Of a DNA stretch of 43,560 nucleotides, positions 37,444 through 43,560 are shown piece after piece. Numbering within the stretch: position 1 is the stretch's first letter; each line of letters begins with the position of its first letter. The DNA comes from a virus (taxonomy: Duplodnaviria > Caudoviricetes): IMG/VR virus record IMGVR_UViG_3300011335_000142, positions 1 to 43,560 of that record; one strand, given 5' to 3'. Under the pieces are notes generated by a model, which was given only the letters and a program-made list of their open reading frames with translations, was not told the origin of the DNA and made no database searches. A program made the position numbers and the translations under genes.

Positions 37444-39273
37444 ATGGCAACACTGTCAGATTTTTATTATGGTGACCCATACGCATTTGATCCATTAAGC
37501 CAGTATTACCTTGGTAGTGGGGTTAGAGATACAAGGCTCCTCCAGAACTATCGGCCAACGACTAGATTTATGTCGCGTGGGAAAGAACCTACGAGTTTAT
37601 ATTCCTCCAATTTGGGAACCTATGTTCCTACCCAAATGGGAGACTTCACTCCTAGCGCTGGACTGATGGGCGAGATGCAGCCGCTATCGAATCAACCGGA
37701 AGACGTATTCCAAACTCCAAACCAGCGCGGGTTTCAACCTGGCGGCTCAATGATGCCGACTGCGCAAAATGTTGTCGTTGAGGACGTGATGCCGCAGGAC
37801 AACCCCAACTATCGTCCTGATGCAGAAGCTGCACCACGCCGCACACTCGGACTGCTGGGTGATATGTTTGGCGGTGCATCCGCGCTTGACGAGTACATGA
37901 CGCCAGAGCAGAGAGCGCAGCTACAGAACCAGGGCGTAATGGCTGCGGCCATGCAACTGCTTGCGTCATCAGGCCCGAGCCGCACGCCCGTGGGACTCGG
38001 CCAGGCGCTTGGTGAGGCGTACGGTGCTGGACAGAAGGGCTACACGGCAGCACAGCAGAATCTGCTCCAGAGCATGACGATGAAGCAGAAGATGGATGAG
38101 GCTAAAGCCACAAAGGGTATGCAAGCCACAGTGTCTACATTCCTGGCGCAGAAAGCACCGGAAGGCGTTGACGCCAAAGAGTTCAAGGCGCAGCAGTACA
38201 TGAGGCTCGCAGATGTCTACGCTGCAAGCAACCCAGATCAGGCCAGCAAGTTCTTTGACATGGCGCAGAAGCTGATGCCTGTACGCGCAAAGGTCAGCGG
38301 TCCTCCCATTGAGGTAACTGGACCTGATGGCAAGCCAATTCTTATTCAGCAAAATGAATACGGCGACTACACCACGCTGCAAGGTTTTGGACCTAAGCGT
38401 AAGGTTGTGCTGCAAAACGTAGATGGCGTTATGACGGCAATTAACGAGTCTGAACTTCAAGGTGGCGAGAAGTTTGGCACTGGAATCAGTGCAGTCGAAC
38501 AGGCACGCATTGACAATGAGAAGAAACGTATTGAGATGGAAGGCACTCGGTTGGGGTATGACCGTGAGCGTATTGACCTTGATAAGAAACGCTTTGAGGA
38601 AGTCGAAAAGGCGAAGCTGGGAATGGAGCGTGAACAGCTTGGCATGGCCCGTCAACGTCTGAATTTGAGCCTACAAGAGTTCCAGCGTGGATCGTATGAC
38701 CGCGTGCAGAACGAGGATGGCGTGTTCTACGTCCCGAAAGTGCCTGGCCTGCCCGTGATTCAAATTGCTGGCCCTGGTGGCGTACCGCTGAAGGGTGCTG
38801 CTGGTGGCAAGCCCACAGAGGCAGAGCAAAACGCTGCCGGTTTCGCGCAGCGTATGGAGCGCGTAACCGGAATCATCGACGCACTGCCTGTAGCGGCAGC
38901 GCCAGGAATGGGTTCTGCCATTGCAGGCGCTATCCCGCTTGTTGGCGGCGTGGCACAGCGTGGAGTTCAAAGCGAACAGACTCAGCAATTCCAGCAGGCG
39001 GCTAACGATTGGATACGCGCAAAGTTGCGTAAGGAATCTGGCGCTGCGATTGGCAAGGATGAGATGGATGCAGAATTTAGAACGTACTTCCCGCAAGTTG
39101 GTGACGGTCCAGCAGTCATTGCTCAGAAGGCAGCGGCTCGGCGTGTTGCTACTCAGGCTATGAAGACGGCGGCAGGGAAGTCATATGTGCCATATGTTCC
39201 TGAAGTACCAGCGCCAGCAGCCGGTGGCGCTCCGGTGCTGACGTGGGACCCAGTAGCAAGAAAATTTAAGTGA
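37444..39273 (+). CDS. Ejection protein D, copy 2
   Basis: Shares central PRRTLGLLG...MAQKLMP block and final PAAGGAPVLTWDPVA.KFK; carries an LRKESGAAIG..E motif in place of the copy-1 C-domain. Confidence 0.75.
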   Translation: MATLSDFYYGDPYAFDPLSQYYLGSGVRDTRLLQNYRPTTRFMSRGKEPTSLYSSNLGTYVPTQMGDFTPSAGLMGEMQPLSNQPEDVFQTPNQRGFQPGGSMMPTAQNVVVEDVMPQDNPNYRPDAEAAPRRTLGLLGDMFGGASALDEYMTPEQRAQLQNQGVMAAAMQLLASSGPSRTPVGLGQALGEAYGAGQKGYTAAQQNLLQSMTMKQKMDEAKATKGMQATVSTFLAQKAPEGVDAKEFKAQQYMRLADVYAASNPDQASKFFDMAQKLMPVRAKVSGPPIEVTGPDGKPILIQQNEYGDYTTLQGFGPKRKVVLQNVDGVMTAINESELQGGEKFGTGISAVEQARIDNEKKRIEMEGTRLGYDRERIDLDKKRFEEVEKAKLGMEREQLGMARQRLNLSLQEFQRGSYDRVQNEDGVFYVPKVPGLPVIQIAGPGGVPLKGAAGGKPTEAEQNAAGFAQRMERVTGIIDALPVAAAPGMGSAIAGAIPLVGGVAQRGVQSEQTQQFQQAANDWIRAKLRKESGAAIGKDEMDAEFRTYFPQVGDGPAVIAQKAAARRVATQAMKTAAGKSYVPYVPEVPAPAAGGAPVLTWDPVARKFK

Positions 39274-39280
39274 GTACATC

Positions 39281-41191
39281 ATGCCTCAACTAGTCAACAT
39301 TGAAGGCGTCGGGGTAGTCTCTTTCCCTGACGGTATGACCCAGGAGGAGATGGCCGCCGCGCTGTCTCAGCTACCTGGTCAGCGCAGCGTAGCGCAGGAC
39401 CTGGTGCGCCAGGTAGGACTCACCTCCCGCGCAGCATTACCGGCCATGACGGGCGCTGCAATGGGTGGCATGGTAGGTGGCCCTCCAGGTGCTGCCATTG
39501 GCGCTTTGGGCGTCGGCCTGGGGACGATGGCAGTTGACCCTCTGGTGAGCCTGTTCAACCGCGCCACGGGCTACAACGTCCCCACCGCGTCGCAGGGGTT
39601 TGAGAACATTGCCACCCAGATGGGACTGCCAGCGCCTGAGACCCCAACAGAGCGCGTGATGAGCGACATTGTTCGCGCCGGTACTTCCACTGTCGGATCG
39701 GCGCGTGGCGCTGGCGTAGTCGCGCAGAACCTGGCTAACGCCAACCTGATGCGCGGCCAGGCCGCGGGTATCCCGTCCGAGGTGTTCAACCTACTCTCGC
39801 GCTACCCAGCGCAGCAGGTGGCCGCTGCTGGTGCGGCAGGCGCTGCCGGTGGCACTCTGCGCGAGTCAGGAGCCAGCCCAGGCGCTCAGATGGGCGGTGC
39901 GATGCTGGCGGGTATGGTCGCACCTGGTAGCCCTAAGCTGCCGTTCACTCAGCGTGCGCTGGCAGCACCGGCCACCGTAGTGCAACCGTTCACCCAAGCT
40001 GGCCGCGAGGTGATTGTGGGTAACGTGCTAAACCGGCTGGCGACCAACCCAGAGGCCGCACAAGCGCGTTTGGCTGCCGCTGCACCCCTAGTACCAGGCG
40101 TGCGTCCTACAACTGCTGGCGCGGCATTTGACCCTGGCCTGGCGGCGTCTGAGACGGCTATAAGGGCGCTGGATCAGTCTGGCGCTTTCCCATCTCAAAT
40201 TAGCGGTAACCAGCAGGCTCTGCTGGACGCATACCGCCGACTGTCTGGTGGACCAGGCTCAGTCCCCTACGCCGAGACAAAGCGTGCGGGGATCACCGGC
40301 CCTATGCGTGAGCAGGCGTTTGAGGGACGCGCACCTGTCACGGCAGACGCTATCGAGGCGCAGATTCAGTCAACCATGAGTGACCCCATGAAGCAGCGCG
40401 GCGTGGTGCTGGACGCCATGCAAGAGGTGCGCAGGCTCATCAACGCACGCAAGGGTCCAGATGGCACTCTTGACCCTGCCGCGCTGTACAGCGTGCGCAA
40501 GGACATTGCCGATATGATGTCCGGACGTCTGCAAGGCGAGAAGGCCAACCTACGCCTAGCGCGTGGTGAGTTAGCAGACCTGCTTCCCGTCATCGACAAC
40601 ACGATTGACTCTGGCGCTCCAGGGTTCAAGGCGTACATGGAGAAGTACGCGAAGATGTCGGGTCCTATCGACCAGATGCGCCTGCTGCAAGACATCGAGC
40701 GTCGCGTCACCACCGGCCAGCCTAACGTGATGACGGGTGAGCCGGTGCTGGCCGCTGGCGCGTTGCGTCGGCAACTAGCTACTCGCGCAGAAGAGATCGG
40801 CGCAGAGTTGTCACCAGCAGCGCAGCGCAGGCTGGACGCCATCATCACTGAGATCAATCGCGGGATGGCGGCCACAGCGCCAGGTGTAAAGGTTCCAGGC
40901 TCCGACACGTTCCGCAATATGTCGATGGGCAACATGATTGGAAAAATCTTCAGCGAGTCGATGGCAAGCAACACGACGCTGCGCACCATGACCCGTCCGC
41001 TGGACTTCCTGTACAAGCTGCCTGATGACAAGATTCAGCAGTTGCTGGTGGAGGCTATGCTTGACCCGCAGACGGCGGCTGTGCTGATGAGCAGGGCCAA
41101 CATGATGAAGGTGGAGCCTCTCGCTAAGTCACTGCGCGAGAAGGCAATTCGTATGGGCATGGGAAGCGCAATTGGCGCGGCACAGGAGTAA
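39281..41191 (+). CDS. Ejection protein E, copy 2
   Basis: Near-identical ends and diverged middle relative to 3732..5648. Confidence 0.78.
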   Translation: MPQLVNIEGVGVVSFPDGMTQEEMAAALSQLPGQRSVAQDLVRQVGLTSRAALPAMTGAAMGGMVGGPPGAAIGALGVGLGTMAVDPLVSLFNRATGYNVPTASQGFENIATQMGLPAPETPTERVMSDIVRAGTSTVGSARGAGVVAQNLANANLMRGQAAGIPSEVFNLLSRYPAQQVAAAGAAGAAGGTLRESGASPGAQMGGAMLAGMVAPGSPKLPFTQRALAAPATVVQPFTQAGREVIVGNVLNRLATNPEAAQARLAAAAPLVPGVRPTTAGAAFDPGLAASETAIRALDQSGAFPSQISGNQQALLDAYRRLSGGPGSVPYAETKRAGITGPMREQAFEGRAPVTADAIEAQIQSTMSDPMKQRGVVLDAMQEVRRLINARKGPDGTLDPAALYSVRKDIADMMSGRLQGEKANLRLARGELADLLPVIDNTIDSGAPGFKAYMEKYAKMSGPIDQMRLLQDIERRVTTGQPNVMTGEPVLAAGALRRQLATRAEEIGAELSPAAQRRLDAIITEINRGMAATAPGVKVPGSDTFRNMSMGNMIGKIFSESMASNTTLRTMTRPLDFLYKLPDDKIQQLLVEAMLDPQTAAVLMSRANMMKVEPLAKSLREKAIRMGMGSAIGAAQE

Positions 41192-41195
41192 GACG

Positions 41196-43560
41196 ATGGC
41201 AACAGCATACCCAGGCGGTCTGCGCAAGCGCGGTGGCTTGCTGGACGAGTTTATGGCTCCAGACTACAGCTACCTTGCACGCAGGGCAGAGTTAACGCCC
41301 AAGCAGCGCGAGTACGCCGCGAATGCACCGATAGATTTTCTGCGGGGTACGTTTGCTGGTCTGCTTGGAGCACCGGCTGATGTTGCGAACATCCCGCAGT
41401 CGCCAATGCCAATGGAGCAATTCGGTGAGTACAGCTACGCGCCAGCGCAAAAGATTCCATACGGGTCTGAATATTTCCTAAAGAATCTTCCATTGGCTCC
41501 GGCAGAAGATAACCCGCTGGGCAGAGTTGCCGGCCAGATTGGATCATTCGCCCCAATGGTTCCGGTGCAAGCTGCACGCATGGCCGGTAAGGGTGCGATG
41601 GCCGCGGGACGTGCTGGTGAGCGCCTAGCGGAGCGCGTTGTGCCGCAAGTTATGGAACGTGGTGGCCTGCTGAGTGAGATGGTTGGTGCTATGGGTCAGG
41701 GGACTACGTCAGGAATGGTCGCAAAGAGTAGCCCGGCTCTTGATTTAACTGGCGCTTTACGGCCTGGCAAAGCACCAGTAAGAGGCGAGACAAGCAAAGA
41801 ACTTGTACGTCAACAGAAGAAATTGTTATCTGATGATGAAAAAGAAATTCTAGATACCCTCAAGCAAAAGTACCCTGATTTTGCAAGTGCATCTAAATTT
41901 ATGACAGGGCAAGAAGTCCAGAAGTTAATTCGCTCTGAATCAGCGGTGAAAGAAGTAAGCCAATTGCTGTCAATACTTCCTAACGCCAAGGAAATGTCTT
42001 CAATGGCTAAAGCTGGGCAACCGAAGCAGGGTTGGTACAGGGCGTCTACGCAAGCAATTATCGATGTATTTGGTGCTGATGATGCGCCAAGGTTTGCGTC
42101 ATTGCTTGCAGCACTGTCACCGCAAACAAGCGTAGAGATGAATTTACTCAATACGCTGAACACCTGGAAAAATTGGACTGCTGCTGGCCGCCCAACTGAT
42201 CCTAGGGCCATCAAGGAAATTATGGGCCGCAGTGTGAGTGGCACTAAGGGCGAAGAGTCAATTTTGGGTGCATGGGAAAATAACGCATTCAGATCTCTCT
42301 CAGCGCCAGATCCTACAAAAGTCACTTTGTCCGGTCCTAAAGTAGATTCGTTCTACAAAAATCTTGCTGATGATGTCTACAAGGTAACAAACGACGCATG
42401 GATGGCGAATGCTCTTGGAGTAAATCAAAATCTGTTCAGCGGATCTCCTACAGCATTGCAGCTTGCAAAGGGTGATCCTGGTCTGACTCCTGGATACATT
42501 GCCACCAACGCCAGACTTAGGCAAGGCGCTCAACAAGCTGGGATGTTCCCATCGGAAGGCCAGGAAACAATTTGGTCGCTTGCGATGCCCTTGATGGAGG
42601 GCCAGACATCAATGGGATTGCCAGCCAGGGCAATACTGGATCAGGGTAAGTTGACGCCAGATATTATTCGAGGAACTCCTGATTTCTCTACTTTGCTCAA
42701 CCAAGGTAACTATCAGGATATTTTGCGTCGCGCTGGGTATGAGGAACAATTGGCGGCATTGAAACCATATGAGTGGAGTCCATCAAATGTCCAACTATCC
42801 ATGTCTGAACAACGTGATATTGATTCACTTGCAAAAAGACTTGAAGAATTGCAAGGCTTTAGGCAAATGGAGTCCCGCGGGAAAGTAATTAGCCTGCCTC
42901 GAAATCCGCAAAATCTACCCGACAGGGCGATTGGTGCTGAAACCTACGAAATGATACCTTTCCTAGGTAGCGGCCACCTTGAAGAATTGATAAATCAACC
43001 GGCTGGATCACGCGCAAACTTTTCATCTCGCGCTGCTTCAGCATTCCAAGACGTCCAAGGACGAGACATTTTGTCCAGGTCTTTGCTGGATGAAAACGTA
43101 CTGAAAACAAGAGGTATGCAAGGCGCATACCGGCCACCAGGTGGAGTTCCATTTGTAGGGCCAGCATCGGAAACTGGATTACGCGCTCCGACATTAGCAA
43201 AAAATCCAATTGAAACCAATACTGGTTTTGCCAATCGTTTTGAAGTGCCGGTGACATACGCCAGCCCAGTGTCAAAGGTTGGTCCGGCTTTGAATTACCC
43301 ACAAATACCTAGAAAAACTCAAGAGAAACTTGGCGCTGTAGCTGCTACCAGGGGGCTACTTACGGCCCAGGGTGGATCGCCTTACAACGTGCAAGTGCCA
43401 TATGCCAAGGGTGAAAGTATGTTCTTCCCATTGGAGAAGAAAGTCGGCGAAGATGAAATTAGGTATGCCTACAATTTGGCCGGAGATGAAATACCTTTAG
43501 CAGATTATGGAACTGGTGTTGCGGGGTTAAATTTTGGTAAGAGATTGCCTGCTGCTGATA
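41196..43560 (+). CDS. Last gene of ejection module, copy 2 (3'-partial, at least 788 aa): HhH-GPD DNA glycosylase-like domain protein
   Basis: Own translation is open to the window end; GWY (42030), LLAALSPQT (~42102), LSGPKV (~42327), VTNDAW (42384), QETIW (42561). Confidence 0.7.
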   Translation, partial: MATAYPGGLRKRGGLLDEFMAPDYSYLARRAELTPKQREYAANAPIDFLRGTFAGLLGAPADVANIPQSPMPMEQFGEYSYAPAQKIPYGSEYFLKNLPLAPAEDNPLGRVAGQIGSFAPMVPVQAARMAGKGAMAAGRAGERLAERVVPQVMERGGLLSEMVGAMGQGTTSGMVAKSSPALDLTGALRPGKAPVRGETSKELVRQQKKLLSDDEKEILDTLKQKYPDFASASKFMTGQEVQKLIRSESAVKEVSQLLSILPNAKEMSSMAKAGQPKQGWYRASTQAIIDVFGADDAPRFASLLAALSPQTSVEMNLLNTLNTWKNWTAAGRPTDPRAIKEIMGRSVSGTKGEESILGAWENNAFRSLSAPDPTKVTLSGPKVDSFYKNLADDVYKVTNDAWMANALGVNQNLFSGSPTALQLAKGDPGLTPGYIATNARLRQGAQQAGMFPSEGQETIWSLAMPLMEGQTSMGLPARAILDQGKLTPDIIRGTPDFSTLLNQGNYQDILRRAGYEEQLAALKPYEWSPSNVQLSMSEQRDIDSLAKRLEELQGFRQMESRGKVISLPRNPQNLPDRAIGAETYEMIPFLGSGHLEELINQPAGSRANFSSRAASAFQDVQGRDILSRSLLDENVLKTRGMQGAYRPPGGVPFVGPASETGLRAPTLAKNPIETNTGFANRFEVPVTYASPVSKVGPALNYPQIPRKTQEKLGAVAATRGLLTAQGGSPYNVQVPYAKGESMFFPLEKKVGEDEIRYAYNLAGDEIPLADYGTGVAGLNFGKRLPAAD

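Larger units (their letters stand above)
34973..41246. repeat. Copy 2 of the mosaic direct repeat
   Basis: Homologous to 1-5703 with replaced internal segments. Confidence 0.97.

Noticed and set aside
41251-43302. Minus-strand ORFs listed at the right end
   Set aside because: Shadows of the long plus-strand ORF starting at 41196, which the track omitted
1-43560. Tandem prophages as the explanation for the repeat
   Set aside because: No integrase, att-like junction or host genes; gene order runs continuously through the repeat boundary as in a circularly permuted genome
1-43560. tRNA or rRNA genes
   Set aside because: No cloverleaf or rRNA-like sequence noticed in the few intergenic gaps; not checked computationally

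Overview
The window is essentially one complete ~35-kb tailed (podovirus-like) phage genome, probably infecting a Betaproteobacterium (inference from gene families), plus about 8.6 kb that re-reads the start of the genome. Position 1 matches position 34973 (offset 34,972 nt). The two copies of this DNA-ejection/internal-virion module (1-7200 and 34973-43560) are not identical. Near-identical anchor blocks alternate with wholly replaced segments. The last gene keeps only a 17-codon leader (MATAYPGGLRKRGGLLD) and then carries an ADP-ribosyltransferase-like domain in copy 1. In copy 2 it carries an HhH-GPD DNA glycosylase-like domain, in an ORF missing from the ORF track because it runs off the window. 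Between the copies lie a leftward operon of small genes, a divergent control region, a replication operon (XRE HTH, RuvC, PAPS-reductase-like, Cas4-like nuclease, SSB-like, primase-helicase, iteron-rich origin), terS/terL with three perfect DnaA boxes, small basic proteins, a GIY-YIG homing endonuclease, two glycosyltransferases and a methyltransferase in the head module, portal/scaffold/capsid, tail fibres and a lysis cassette containing a gene split at an A_AAA_AAG heptamer. I saw no integrase, DNA or RNA polymerase, tRNA or CRISPR array. Product calls rest on motif recognition and synteny only; no searches were run.
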